Assembly: GCA_002269645.1 (NCBI GenBank)
Contig: NIVC01002156.1
Coordinates: forward strand, 62,001-126,000
DNA length: 64,000 bases
Reading direction: 5' to 3'
Source: Macrostomum lignano
Taxonomy: Eukaryota
Part shown: piece after piece, positions 1-11,767 of the stretch
Position numbering within the stretch: the first letter of the stretch is position 1
How the letters are laid out: each line of letters opens with the position of its first letter
Notes under the pieces: model-generated
Databases searched by the model: none
What the model saw: only the letters and a program-made list of their open reading frames with translations
What the model was told of the DNA's origin: nothing
Program-made: the position numbers and the translations under genes

Positions 1-349
1 GAGTGGGTGATTGAGTAGAGTGGATGATTGAGTAAAGTGAGTGATTGAGTAGAGTGAGTGATTGAGTAGGAGTGGCTGATTGAGTAGAGTGAGTGATTGA
101 GTAGAGTGGGTGATTGAGTAGAGTGGGTGATTGAGTAGAGTGGGTGATTGAGTAGAGTGGGTGATTGAGTAGAGTGAGTGATTGAGTAGAGTGGGTGATT
201 GAGTAGAGTGGGTGATTGAGTAGAGTGGGTGATTGAGTAGAGTGGGTGATTGAGTAGAGTGAGTGATTGAGTAGAGTGGGTGATTGAGTAAAGTGAGTGA
301 TTGAGTAGAGTGAGTGATTGAGTAGGAGTGGGTGATTGAGTAGAGTGGG
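1..349. repeat. 17-bp minisatellite GATTGAGTAGAGTG(G/A)GT, ~20 copies, runs off the window start
   Basis: Direct inspection of the tandem units. Confidence 0.95.
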
Positions 350-465
350 CAGGTAGGTACGATAGAGTGGTAGACTCTTCCAGGAGAAATAGATGATCAA
401 GCATCAAACAGTCTGAATCGCTCATTCCTAGAATCCCACCTGCCCTCCCCCCCGACCTTGTGCAG

Positions 466-910
466 CCGCCGCCTTAGCCCAGAGCGCCGCCCAGAGCACG
501 CCGTTCATGATCAAACCGGTGCCGTCGCCACACGTCCGACCAGTGCTGGTGTTCATCAACCCAAGGTCCGGCGGCAATCAGGGCGCCAAGCTGATGCACA
601 AATTCCTGTGGCTATTGAACCCGCGACAAGTGTTCGACATGGCCCAGCACGAGCCCTCGTTTGCCTTGGAACTGTTTCGCAAGGTGCCGAATCTGAGGAT
701 ACTGGTTTGCGGAGGCGACGGCACCGCGGGCTGGGTGCTGTCTACCATAGACAGGCTGGGCATCAGTCCCTGTCCACCGGTTGCCATCCTGCCGCTGGGC
801 ACCGGCAATGATCTGGCCAGAACGTTAAACTGGGGTGCCGGGTACACTGACGAGCCGTTGTCTAAGATTCTCTGCTGCGTTGAAGAGGGTCGGGTTGTGC
901 AGCTGGACCG
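466..910 (+). CDS. DGKZ: DGK exon: catalytic domain (DAGKc) with GGDGT ATP-binding motif
   Basis: [30 protein letters not shown]...[16 protein letters not shown]...VVQLDR. Donor CG|GTAAGC at 911. The acceptor at 465 (pyrimidine tract + TGCAG) is the best candidate; 432, 483 and 495 are in-frame alternatives. Confidence 0.93.
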
Positions 911-972
911 GTAAGCGGGGCTGCGTCTGTTACTGCCGCTTGTCCTAGAAAATTTTCCATAATGTACGACCT

Positions 973-1950
973 GAGAATCGCAGCTAATCTACCCATGAGA
1001 ATCGTGCCTAATCTACCCATGAGAATCGTGCCTAATCTACCCATTAGAATCGTGCCTAATCTACCCATGAGAATCGTGCCTAATCTACCCATGAGAATCG
1101 TGCCTAATCTACCCATGAGAATCGTGCCTAATCTACCCATTAGAATCGTGCCTAATCTACCCATTAGAATCGTGCCTAATCTACCCATTAGAATCGTGCC
1201 TAATCTACCCATGAGAATCGTGCCTAATCTACCCATTAGAATCGTGCCTAATCTACCCATTAGAATCGTGCCTAATCTACCCATGAGAATCGTGCCTAAT
1301 CTACCCATGAGAATCGTGCCTAATCTACCCATGAGAATCGTGCCTAATCTACCCATTAGAATCGTGCCTAATCTACCCATTAGAATCGTGCCTAATCTAC
1401 CCATTAGAATCGTGCCTAATCTACCCATTAGAATCGTGCCTAATCTACCCATTAGAATCGTGCCTAATCTACCCATTAGAATCGTGCCTAATCTACCCAT
1501 TAGAATCGTGCCTAATCTACCCATTAGAATCGTGCCTAATCTACCCATTAGAATCGTGCCTAATCTACCCATTAGAATCGTGCCTAATCTACCCATGAGA
1601 ATCGTGCCTAATCTACCCATGAGAATCGTGCCTAATCTACCCATGAGAATCGTGCCTAATCTACCCATTAGAATCGTGCCTAATCTACCCATTAGAATCG
1701 TGCCTAATCTACCCATTAGAATCGTGCCTAATCTACCCATTAGAATCGTGCCTAATCTACCCATTAGAATCGTGCCTAATCTACCCATTAGAATCGTGCC
1801 TAATCTACCCATGAGAATCGTGCCTAATCTACCCATTAGAATCGTGCATAATCTACCCATGAGAATCATGTCTAATCTACCCATGAGAATCGTGCCTAAT
1901 CTACCCATTAGAATCGTGCCTAATCTACGTATGAAATAGTGCCTAATATA
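973..1950. repeat. 24-bp minisatellite AGAATCGTGCCTAATCTACCCAT(G/T), ~40 copies
   Basis: Tandem units with one alternating G/T position; fills most of intron 911-2100. Confidence 0.97.
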
Positions 1951-2100
1951 CTCAGAAGCTACATGTAGTTTATTAAAAGATTTGTATTATATTCTTTGTT
2001 GGCTTCCCATCGAAGGGCGCTGATTGCTAGTAAATTTTGCACAGCTCAATTATTTTCTGTACGCGAATTCATCTACCTACCTGCTTGCCCCACTCATCAG

Positions 2101-2252
2101 GTGGAACATCACGGTGGAGCCCAACCAGGACTGCCAGCAGGAGCCGGACCCCACCGACAGGAGCACCGGCCGGCCGTACCTCAGCGTGTTTAACAACTAT
2201 TTCAGTCTGGGTGCTGACGCTGCCGTGGCTTTAGAATTTCACGAATCCAGAG
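2101..2252 (+). CDS. DGKZ: DGK exon: start of accessory domain
   Basis: CAG|G TGG; WNITVEPN...LSVFNNYFSLGADAAVALEFHESR; donor G|GTACAA at 2253. Confidence 0.93.
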
Positions 2253-2402
2253 GTACAAAAAAGTGTTTACCTATGGCCGTGTCGGATTTATTTACAACTG
2301 ACAGCTGACTTTTTCTATTTATTAGTTTCTTACTAACCGAATGTTTTCTGTGTGGGTGCTTTTAAACTTATTTATCTAACTGAGCCGCTCTCTTGTTTAC
2401 AG

Positions 2403-2458
2403 AAGCAAATCCGGAACGGTTTAACAGTCGGTTAAGGAATATCATGTTTTATGCTGGG
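2403..2458 (+). CDS. DGKZ: DGK exon
   Basis: TTTACAG| (E)ANPERFNSRLRNIMFYAG |GTAAGT, matching DGKZ-type EANPEKFNSRFRNKMFYAG. Confidence 0.93.
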
Positions 2459-2560
2459 GTAAGTTTTTAGTCACGTCTGTGAAGTAGCTATGGCTGTTTT
2501 TTATGTTTGAGATTTTGCAGAGATCTAATATTCGACAATTATGACTGATTAAGTAAATAC

Positions 2561-2594
<34 letters not shown>

Positions 2595-3045
2595 TGACTG
2601 ACTGACTGACTGACTGACTGACTGACTGACTGACTGACTGACTGACTGACTGACTGACTGACTGACTGACTGACTGACTGACTGACTGACTGACTGACTG
2701 ACTGACTGACTGACTGACTGACTGACTGACTGACTGACTGACTGACTGACTGACTGACTGACTGACTGACTGACTGACTGACTGACTGACTGACTGACTG
2801 ACTGACTGACTGACTGACTGACTGACTGACTGACTGACTGACTGACTGACTGACTGACTGACTGACTGACTGACTGACTGACTGACTGACTGACTGACTG
2901 ACTGACTGACTGACTGACTGACTGACTGACTGACTGACTGACTGACTGACTGACTGACTGACTGACTGACTGACTGACTGACTGACTGACTGACTGACTG
3001 ACTGACTGACTGACTGACTGACTGACTGACTGACTGACTGACTGA
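2561..3045. repeat. (ACTG)n microsatellite, ~120 copies, nearly perfect
   Basis: Direct inspection. Confidence 0.98.
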
Positions 3046-3104
3046 TAGACAGACCGAACTTCCGAACAAAGAAAGCGAACAAACCGAACTTCCGCATCCC
3101 GCAG

Positions 3105-3167
3105 GAAGGCTCGCGGTCCATAATTAAGCGTCCCTGGCGCGAACTGAGCCAAGTGGTTAACCTGGAG
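3105..3167 (+). CDS. DGKZ: DGK exon
   Basis: CCGCAG| EGSRSIIKRPWRELSQVVNLE |GTGAGC; phase 0-0; fills the gap between FYAG and CD(G/S) in the family alignment. Confidence 0.85.
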
Positions 3168-3927
3168 GTGAGCCAAATTTTTTTAAAAATTCCTTGTCGA
3201 TGACTAATCTTGCAGTTTAATTTGCAGTCTTCACTGTCAAACTAAGTTATAGAATGCCTGATTTTTGCCAATTAATTCTTTCTAACTGAACAAATTGCAT
3301 CTCAGTGTTTTTCCCATTTGACTCAAAATGTACTCAAATTGGGTAAAAAATACCATTTGAGTCGCATCCAAGTTTCTAAAGCTCTCACTTACTTAATTAG
3401 TTCTGCCTAATTAGCCGAGTTGCGTGCAAACAGATTTTCCTAATATAGAGAGAGAAAAAGTTTTCTAGACTCTTCTTCGCAGTGAGCTCAATTTTAATTG
3501 AAAACGGAATTGCCCCGGCAGCCCTATTGTTGATTCTGTGGGACTCCGCCTGTCTCCGCCTCCGTTAGTCATCGTGACATCGTGCGTGCGTCAGATTTTT
3601 GTCCCTTCCTACTCTCTCTATTCAATCAGTTATTTTATTCCAGTATTTAAAAGTCAATTATTTAGGCAAGGCAGGCATTAGGCGGGGGGGGGAGGGGCTT
3701 GTGTCACGGTCGGAATACTCATTTTTTCTATAGTCTGTCTAAATTAAAGTTGACTGGATTGTCTGTCTCTGTATTCAATTGCGGGAGAATAAATTCATTT
3801 ATTTCGAATTTCAAAACGTTTTTACATTTGCTTCCATTGTATTTTAGCATTATTTGTACTAGCTCGTAAATCAGTATTGAGAAACCGGGGTTGTACTTTT
3901 CTGCTCAATCATTTGTCTATCAACTCT

Positions 3928-4795
3928 GTTTTCTTAGAATTCACGTTAGAATTTCTTAGAATTTGTTTTTTTCTTTTTTCTTAGAAACCATCCGATTTTC
4001 TCGAAATCAGTTTTCAATTTTCTTAGAATCAATCCAGTTTTCTTGGAAAATTCTGTTTCTTAGAATCGATCCATCCAGATTTCTTTGAATCTGTTGCTAC
4101 TTTCTTAGAATTTAGCCAGTTTTCTTGGAATATTTTCTGTTTCTTAGAATTTAGCCAGTTTTCTTGGAATCTGTTTCTACTTTCTTAGAATCAATTCAGA
4201 TTTGTTGGAATCTTCTCTGTTTCTTAAAATCAATTCAGATTTATTTGTACTCTTTTCTATTTCTTAGAATCTACCCAGTTTTCTTGGAATCTTTTCTGTT
4301 TCTTAGAATCAATCCAGTTTTCTTGGAAACTTCTGCTTCTTAGAATCGATCCATTCAGATTTCTTTGAATCTGTTGCTACTTTCTTAGAATTTAGCCAGT
4401 TTTCTTTGTACTCTTTTCTATTTCTTAGAATCTACCCATATTTCTTGGAATATTTTCTGCTTCTTAGAATCAATCCAGTTTTCTTGGAAACTTCTGCTTC
4501 TTAGAATCGATCCATTCAGATTTCTTTGAATCTGTTGCTACTTTCTTAGAATTTAGCCAGTTTTCTTGGAATATTTTCTGTTTCTTAGAATTTAGCCAGT
4601 TTTCTTGGAATATATTTTCTGTTTCTTAGAATTTAGCCAGTTTTCTTGAAATCTGTTTCTACTTTCTTAGAATCAATTCAGATTTATTTGTACTCTTTTC
4701 TATTTCTTAGAATCTACCCAGTTTTCTTGGAATCTTTTCTGTTTCTTAGAGTTTAGCCAGTTTTCATGGAACCTTTTCTGTTTCTTAGAATCTAT
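3928..4795. repeat. Degenerate AT-rich minisatellite with TTTCTT(A/G)GAAT core (~19-20-bp subunits) and internal higher-order duplications
   Basis: Recurrent TTTCTTAGAAT/TTTCTTGGAAT cores. Longer blocks such as TTAGAATCGATCCAT(C/T)CAGATTTCTTTGAATCTGTTGCTAC recur near 4060, 4340 and 4500. Confidence 0.85.
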
Positions 4796-5343
4796 ACAGA
4801 TCAAGGATCATATATACACAAGATAAGCCACTCACTAACCATTTATTTGGACAAAGAAGATCATTTGAAAAATAATTGCAACTCGCGACAGCGGGAAAAT
4901 CAGTTATTGAATTCAGTTTCCTCAATAATCTCCGTAGTGCATGCATCATTTTTAATTCGATTAGGTATTTAATCTAAGATCTAAGATGAAGGTAATATAT
5001 AAGATTCATAATCCAGATTTCTTTGGATCTGTTGCATTTTAGAAGAAAATATCTTGATTTCTTAGAATCTGCCCGGTTTCCTTATAAACCATCTATATTT
5101 CTTATGTAGATTCCTATTTCTAGTTTTCTTGGAAAACCGCTCATATTTCGCAGGACCCACGTTAATATTCTCCTATCTTATAACCAACCTAGATTGCTTT
5201 ATATATTTTGTAATGTCTTAAACTCAAAATGAATTTTTCGGATAAAGATGACTCACAATCCAGTTCATTCTGGTTCTATCGTTAATCGTCATCTTGAAGC
5301 AAGGATATGCATTAAACTAATTGTGCCAACGAAACCATTCCAG

Positions 5344-5529
5344 TGCGACAGCGTCAACATGACTGATCGAATACGCGAACTTCGAGTCAATTCCATCCTG
5401 TTTTTAAACATTCCCAAGTACAGCGCCGGCGCCATGCCCTGGGGCAATCCGACTGGTAGTCAGGGGTTCGAACCCCAACGACCCGACGATGGTTACGTTG
5501 AAGTGATCGGATTCAGTTCGAGTCATTTG
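5344..5529 (+). CDS. DGKZ: DGK exon: accessory domain
   Basis: TTCCAG| CDSVNMTDRIRELRVNSILFLNIPKYSAGAMPWG...FEPQRPDDGYVEVIGFSSSHL |GTAATC. Confidence 0.93.
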
Positions 5530-5565
5530 GTAATCATTGGTTGTTTAAATGATTTTTATCGTTTA

Positions 5566-6565
5566 AAATTGAGCTTATAAGATGGTCAAATGGAGCTTAT
5601 AAGATGGTTAAATGGAGCTTATAAGATGGTTAAATGGAGCTTATAAGATGGTTAAATGGGAGCTTATAAGATGGTTAAATGGAGCTTATAAGATGGTCAA
5701 ATGGAGCTTATAAGATGGTCAAATGGAGCTTATAAGATGGTCAAATGGAGCTTATAAGATGGTCAAATGGAGCTTATAAGATGGTTAAATGGAGCTTATA
5801 AGATGGTCAAATTGAGCTTATAAGATGGTCAAATGGAGCTTATAAGATGGTTAAATGGAGCTTATAAGATGGTTAAATTGAGCTTATAAGATGGTTAAAT
5901 GGAGCTTATAAGATGGTCAAATGGAGCTTATAAGATGGTTAAATGGAGCTTATAAGATGGTCAAATGGAGCTTATAAGATGGTCAAATGGAGCTTATAAG
6001 ATGGTCAAATGGAGCTTATAAGATGGTCAAATGGAGCTTATAAGATGGTCAAATGGAGCTTATAAGATGGTTAAATGGGAGCTTAAAAGATGGTTAAATG
6101 GAGCTTATAAGATGGTTAAATTGAGCTTATAAGATGTTTAAATTGAGCTTATAAGATGGTTAAATGGAGCTTATAAGATGGTTAAATGGAGCTTATAAGA
6201 TGGTCAAATGGAGCTTATAAGATGGTCAAATGGAGCTTATAAGATGGTCAAATTGAGCTTATAAGATCGTCAAATGGAGCTTAAAAGATGGTCAAATTGA
6301 GCTTATAAGATCGTCAAATGGAGCTTATAAGATGATTAAATGAAGCTTATAAGATGGTTAAATGGAGCTTATAAGATGGTTAAATGGAGCTTATAAGATG
6401 GTTAAATGGAGCTTATAAGATGGGTAAATGGAGCTTATAAGATGGTTAAATGGGAGCTTATAAGATGGTTAAATGGAGCTTATAAGATGGTTAAATGGGA
6501 GCTTATAAGATGGGTAAATGGAGCTTATAAGAAGATGGTTAAATGGGAGCTTATAAGATGGTCAA
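5566..6565. repeat. 22-bp minisatellite AAATGGAGCTTATAAGATGGT(C/T), ~45 copies
   Basis: Direct inspection; fills intron 5530-6639. Confidence 0.97.
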
Positions 6566-6639
6566 GTGCAAAATTTTACCGCAAATTGCAATTAAAAATC
6601 GATGCTTGATAACAATACAACGCCTTGAACCCAACGCAG

Positions 6640-6726
6640 GCCACAGTGCAGATGGGCTGGCACGGGCACCGGATCTGCCAGTGCAAACGGGCGATAATAC
6701 GCACTAGTCGAATCATTCCCATTCAG
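6640..6726 (+). CDS. DGKZ: DGK exon: accessory domain
   Basis: CGCAG| ATVQMGWHGHRICQCKRAIIRTSRIIPIQ |GTACGC; equivalent to [29 protein letters not shown]. Confidence 0.92.
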
Positions 6727-6759
6727 GTACGCATACTTGCACAGTTTTTCATAAATGTC

Positions 6760-7550
6760 ATTGAGTCAGATTGGTCCTCATTGAGTCAGATTGGTTTTCA
6801 TTGAGTCAGATTGGTCTTTATTGAGTCAGATTGGTCTTCATTGAGTCAGATTGGTCTTTATTGAGTCAGATTGGTTTTCATTGAGTCAGATTGGTCCTCA
6901 TTGAGTCAGATTGGTCCTCATTGAGTCAGATTGGTCCTCAAATGAGTCAGATTGGTCCTCAAATGAATCAGATTGGTCCTCATTGAGTCAGATTGGTCTT
7001 TATTGAGTCAGATTGGTCCTCATTGAGTCAGATTGGTCTTTATTGAGTCAGATTGGTCCTCATTGAGTCAGATTGGTCTTTATTGAGTCATATTGGTCTT
7101 CATTGAGTCAGATTGGTCCTCATTGAGTCAGATTGGTCGTCATTGAGTCAGATTGGTCTTTATTGAGTCAGATTGGTCCTCATTGAGTCAGATTGGTCCT
7201 CAAATGAGTCAGATTGGTCCTCAAAAGAATCAGATTGGTCCTCATTGAATCAGATTGGTCCTCATTGAGTCAGATTGGTCTTTATTGAGTCAGATTGGTC
7301 CTCAAATGAGTCAGATTGGTCCTCAAATGAGTCAGATTGGTCTTCATTGAGTCAGATTGGTCCTCAAATGAGTCAGATTTGTCTTTATTGAGTCAGATTG
7401 GTTCTCAAATGAGTCAGATTGGTCTTCATTGAGTCAGATTGGTCTTCATTGAGTCAGATTGGTCCTCATTGTGCCAGATTGGTCCTCAAATGAGTCAGAT
7501 TGGTCTTCATTGAGTGAGATTGGTCCTCAAATGAGTCAGATTGGTCTTCA
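6760..7550. repeat. 20-bp minisatellite ATTGAGTCAGATTGGTC(C/T)T(C/T), ~39 copies
   Basis: Direct inspection; fills intron 6727-7687. Confidence 0.97.
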
Positions 7551-7687
7551 AAATAAGCAAGCAGTTTTTGCCAACAGAACAGCATAACAAAGCTACAAAG
7601 CAGAATATCCAAAACTTGCGGTCTACACTTAACTCTATTTCTAGCAACTTGTCAGATCTGACTATTTGACTATTTGATTATACTTAG

Positions 7688-7800
7688 ATTGACGGTGAGC
7701 CCTGGCGTCTCCAGCCGTCCGTAATTGACATATCGTTGCACAACCAGGCCAACATGATTCAGAAGCCCAAACGGCGGAATAGCATTCCACTGCTGACTGA
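7688..7800 (+). CDS. DGKZ: DGK exon: end of accessory domain
   Basis: CTTAG| IDGEPWRLQPSVIDISLHNQANMIQKPKRRNSIPLLT GA|GTAAGT. Confidence 0.93.
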
Positions 7801-8051
7801 GTAAGTTGAGATATTTTTTCGATTTTGTTATCTATTATTATACTACTGCTATTGTTAGTAGTTGAATAGGAGCTTATTGTAAAAAAGGCTAAACTATGAA
7901 AACCATTTTTATCATAAATTTCAGCCTGTCAATGTAAGACAATTGTGAAATAGAAAAAATAGTTCTTCGTTTTAATTTTGTCTTTCAAACCTGCATGCAG
8001 TTTTGTTGTCAAGTGTACATTTGGTTTAGTGGCAAATCGTTTCCTCGAAGC

Positions 8052-8217
8052 TTTACACACCTTGTGTCTACATGCATACATACTTTACATACCTTGTGAC
8101 TACATGTATACATACTTTACATACATTGTGGCTACATGCATACATACTTTACATACCTTGTGGCTACATGCATACATACTTTACATACCTTGTGGCTACA
8201 TGTATACATACTTTACG
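8052..8217. repeat. 32-bp minisatellite TACATGCATACATACTTTACATACCTTGTGGC, ~5 copies
   Basis: Direct inspection. Confidence 0.9.
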
Positions 8218-8361
8218 TAAGTTTCCAAGGTAGCTGGATTGCTTTAGCTTTTTGTAAATCTATTTTCTTCAAAGTTTGATTCTACTCGACGCGTTTTAAC
8301 CTTTAGACGATAGTTTGGAAGCCCCTGATAATTTTGCTTGCTAAGTTTCTTAACATGTGAG

Positions 8362-8723
8362 AGCTGTGCGAGCCACAGCCTGGTGTTGTAGCTGGCAGTA
8401 TGTGCCAGCGGCCCAGGCTCGATTCCAAGTGCAGTCACATTAATTTGGAGCTAAATTGGAATCTCGGCTTGGCTCTGCTCGTGCAATTAACGCCATTGAG
8501 AGCCAACCCCCCAAGGCGCAGTGCAGTGTACATGCCTAAGGTGTAATAAAGTTAGGGCCGCTGTACACTCCTGTGTGAGTGTGTGACTGCGTACGTATCC
8601 GCGCGCTTGTGTGCCTGCTCAGGGGAGTCGGCGGAATGGGCAGTAATGCCTCTCGCCGGTTGTGTGCTAATGTCGCTTAAAGTGCGCCAGGATGCACACA
8701 ACCCCCTGCTTCTATTAAAAATA
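8362..8723 (+). mobile_element. tRNA-derived SINE, copy 1 (5' head more degraded)
   Basis: Colinear with 13399-13757. B-box-like GGCTCGATTCC at 8416-8426; 3' stem GGTTGTGTGC (8658-8667)/GCACACAACC (8694-8703); A-rich tail. Confidence 0.8.
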
Positions 8724-9994
8724 ACATCGTCAGTCGTAAAAGTAAAGTGAACGTTTTGATTTTGTTGTGTATTTGAATAACAAATGTTGTAACATTTCCA
8801 TGAATTTCTTCCCGCACAAGAAGATGCTTCTGTCTTAGCTGCTGCCGCGGTGGCTTTCGCAGAAATTCCTATTTTATGTTGGATTTCGATAGCCAAGATC
8901 GCCAGGATCGTACGAATTCAACTACTACTACTAATATTAATAAGTGCGATTAAATTGATCATTCTCATTTGGCCTAATGCTGGTTACGTTTGCGCCTATT
9001 TAAACAAGAATTAGTCGGAAACCAATTTTGCTGATTAGTTTTTTGTCCAATTTTATTTTTTGTTTGATGGGATTAAGTTAAAGTCGCTAAAACACTACCT
9101 TTAATCATCCCTCTATCCGGCTGTCTGGAAAGCTTTTTGACCAATAATAATTAGTTAGAGCGAAAAAACATTATCTGTAATATTTTACTCAACAAAAATT
9201 CAATGAAACCCTTTTTCAAATCGTCTTCCACAATGTTTGTCAGAGTCTATGAGTAGTCTGAGTAGTATGTGCGAGTAGTAAGCTGGATACAGCAGCACCT
9301 CCCGGTCCAGCTGCAGGCTTAGCTGCTGAACTTCCAACTTTAAATATTTAGCGAGTGAAAAAGCACAAATTTTGAACTTTTTGTGAGTTTCAAATTCGCG
9401 GCAGAATTTTTTTTGTTTTAACAAATATTTGCGAGCGTAGAATGTGCCATGTAATTCATTCATAAAACCGCAAATTTTTATAATCAAGCTCTCAAATTTC
9501 TGAAGATAAAAGCCGCAAGCCAAGATTTTGAGCAATTTGCGAAGCCAAAAAAAGCGCAAAAAAACTTTATCTATCTAAAGTAGTTAAAGTAATTAAACAA
9601 AAATTTCCAGGTAGTTTTTTCAACAAAAAAATTTCATTGTCTTTATTCAAATCATTGAAGCATAAAGTCAATCATTTTAATATATGGAGTTAGTTTCATA
9701 ATTTCCTGGTATCTCCATAAAGTGCGCACATCTTTTAGAACCAACTAAGCCTTCAAAACCTTTCTTAGAAACGAAGTCATCCGTCTTTCGAATTCTATTT
9801 TGACTATTGAGCTCGTAAACATCCGATTATGTGTTGACCCTGAATCTAAAATTGGTTTTTTAAACTTTTACTAATATGGATCGTTTTTTTTCATTATTGC
9901 CTACTTATCTAGAATGTGTCAGTAATAGGAACCAAGCTTACATCTAAAATTAAACATTTGATTCTCGATAAGTAAACATGTTTTACATTTACAG

Positions 9995-10072
9995 TGCGCA
10001 ACGAATTAAAGCCAGACGTCAATTTGCCAGAAACGTTAGAAAATTTTGCCTGACTCCTATCCCAGCCGAGTA
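9995..10072 (+). CDS. Possible DGK cassette exon (78 nt, symmetric phase 2-2)
   Basis: TTTTACATTTACAG| ... TA|GTAAGG; open only in the phase needed to join exons 7688-7800 and 10295-10437: (D)AQRIKARRQFARNVRKFCLTPIPAE(Y). No homology support. Confidence 0.3.
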
Positions 10073-10294
10073 GTAAGGACAGCAGAGATTTTTCAAAATT
10101 AACCATGAAGAGTTAATTCAGAATTTTATTAAAATCATAACCAACGTTTTAAACTAAAATTCTGTGTTTAAACATTGTATTTACAGTTTAACAATTTAGC
10201 AATAACTTTGTGCGTGACTTCAAAAACTTTCGAAAATCCATCCGACTGCTGCCAACGCATTTTAATTGTGATTTTAAAAAAAAATATTTTTTAG

Positions 10295-10437
10295 CGACGG
10301 GGACTATGGATTCAGTCAGGGGGCCGCACCGAGTAGTCAGCCGCTAATTATGGAACGGCTGCGCATTCAGGTGTCCGTCATCTCCATGACCGATTACGAG
10401 AGTCTGCAGTACGACAAGGAAAAGCTGCGCCTAGCTT
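10295..10437 (+). CDS. DGKZ: DGK exon (post-catalytic conserved region)
   Basis: TTTTTTAG| ...LIMERLRIQVSVISMTDYESLQYDKEKLRLA T|GTAAGT; equivalent to [28 protein letters not shown]. Confidence 0.92.
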
Positions 10438-10511
10438 GTAAGTTTTACCGGAACTTGAAGTTTCATTTTGAGGTTTCTGAGATATTTTTATTAAATTGTT
10501 TTTTTTTGCAG

Positions 10512-10591
10512 CGTACCCTCTGGGTATCATCTTGGTTGAAGTGGACTCGGATCTCGAACACGTTCGAACCCATATTGATCGACTCGCATCG
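10512..10591 (+). CDS. DGKZ: DGK exon
   Basis: TTTTGCAG| (S)YPLGIILVEVDSDLEHVRTHIDRLAS |GTAAGC; equivalent to [25 protein letters not shown]. Confidence 0.92.
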
Positions 10592-10617
10592 GTAAGCTGT
10601 TCTGAATGTAGGTAGTT

Positions 10618-11523
10618 GTTGCTGTTGTTGAGACGGGGTGCCTAGCAGTGCTGGGGCGCGGATGAGCCCGGAAGAGGATTTGTCGTTGGGGTGGGGGGGG
10701 GCCTGGGTGGACTCGGTCCTAGCACCGTCCCTGATTCCACTATGGGTTGGCGGTGTCTTAGTCCATGGACATTGAGCTAGTAGCCCCAATTAGGTTTCGC
10801 TACCAGGCAATGAGTCCTGGTCCCAATCGTGGCCTCTCGGGCTTCGGCCCCTGGCAGTATGGCCCACTTCAATATCTTAGCGGCAGAGCCCTTCCCTGGG
10901 CTGATCCGCGGGGCCCCTAGGCTACCCACCCTCAACAACAACAAGAGGATTGCTGGAAGCAGAGTGGGTCCACCAGGGGTACTAGACCCGGGCCACTACC
11001 TGAGAAATTGGAATCCTCCTTTTCGTAGCACAAGGAAGAGAGCCTAAGCCATAATAGGCAAGATTGGGCTCCATCAAGGGCGAAAATTTTTGGGGGTCTT
11101 TACTGCGAAGCTCAGTTCTTAGTCTTAGTTTGTTGTTCAAGTCCGGCCTCCTCAGAGACCATCATCCACTGACGCAAAATACCCTTTAGACGGAGTCGCT
11201 GTAGGCAACCGAAAGAGATCGATTGCACTACTGGGCGGTGCCGCAGACAGGTATAATAGCCTGTCGCCAAGGCCGCCGAAAGCATTCCACAGCCTAGGAT
11301 CCCCGAATTCCTGGCGGGTCCCACTGGCAGGGTACCAGCTTCTGAGGCACAAGCCTTCTAGGTGGTCCATTTACCAGCTCCCAACTCAAGTAGGTTCACC
11401 TACTGGTAGCTCAAAGCCGCTCACCAGCAATGCAAGATCACCAGTCAGAAGCCCCATGCTGCACCACAACCCTCCGGGCTTAGTACGCCAACTCTGGCAA
11501 TCTCAAAGAGACCGTCTTTAATT
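10618..11523 (-). mobile_element. Non-coding non-LTR retroposon (SINE-like or 5'-truncated LINE) with (CAA)n tail, interrupted by a second element
   Basis: 9-bp direct repeat TAGGTAGTT at 10609-10617 and 11524-11532; minus-strand 3' end ...CTAGGCACCCCGTCTCAACAACAGCAAC; GC-rich relative to the intron. Confidence 0.7.
10681..10942 (+). mobile_element. 262-bp (CAA)n-tailed retroposon nested in the element above, opposite orientation
   Basis: 9-bp direct repeat AAGAGGATT at 10672-10680 and 10943-10951; 3' end ...GGGCTGATCCGCGG...CCTAGGCTACCCACCCTCAACAACAAC is homologous to the host element's 3' end; GGGC-TTCG-GCCC hairpin at 10839-10850. Confidence 0.7.
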
Positions 11524-11703
11524 TAGGTAGTTACGACAGCCTCAAAAAAAAAACTCGTCTAACTAACAAGCTTTCAAAGCAATGAAAATATGATAGTTGA
11601 TAGCCAGTCAACTTTACATGTGTTTCTTTTGATATTTTGTTTTAAACTCTGTAGTTCCTTTTCGATTACTAAAATTTTAATTGTGGAAAAATATCGTTTT
11701 AAG

Positions 11704-11767
11704 GACACCTGTTTGATCACGCAAACCGGAAAATCTCGACTGTCAAACAACTGGGTCTTTCTAGACT
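11704..11767 (+). CDS. DGKZ: DGK exon
   Basis: TTTTAAG| DTCLITQTGKSRLSNNWVFLD T|GTAAGT; equivalent to KLSPKWCFLD. Confidence 0.88.

Noticed and set aside
862-3176. Repeat-peptide ORFs (MGRLGTIL, MRIVPNLP, SVSQ)
   Set aside because: Translations of intronic 24-bp and 4-bp repeats.
9200-10106. Minus-strand ORFs 9200-9559 and 9909-10106 as a nested gene
   Set aside because: AT-rich, no recognisable domain, and I could not build a stop-free spliced model from the apparent splice sites.
10615-10950. Long imperfect hairpin as a structural ncRNA (SRP, RNase P, ribozyme)
   Set aside because: No conserved SRP, RNase P or hammerhead core found; the inverted homology is explained by two related retroposons nested in opposite orientation with their own TSDs.
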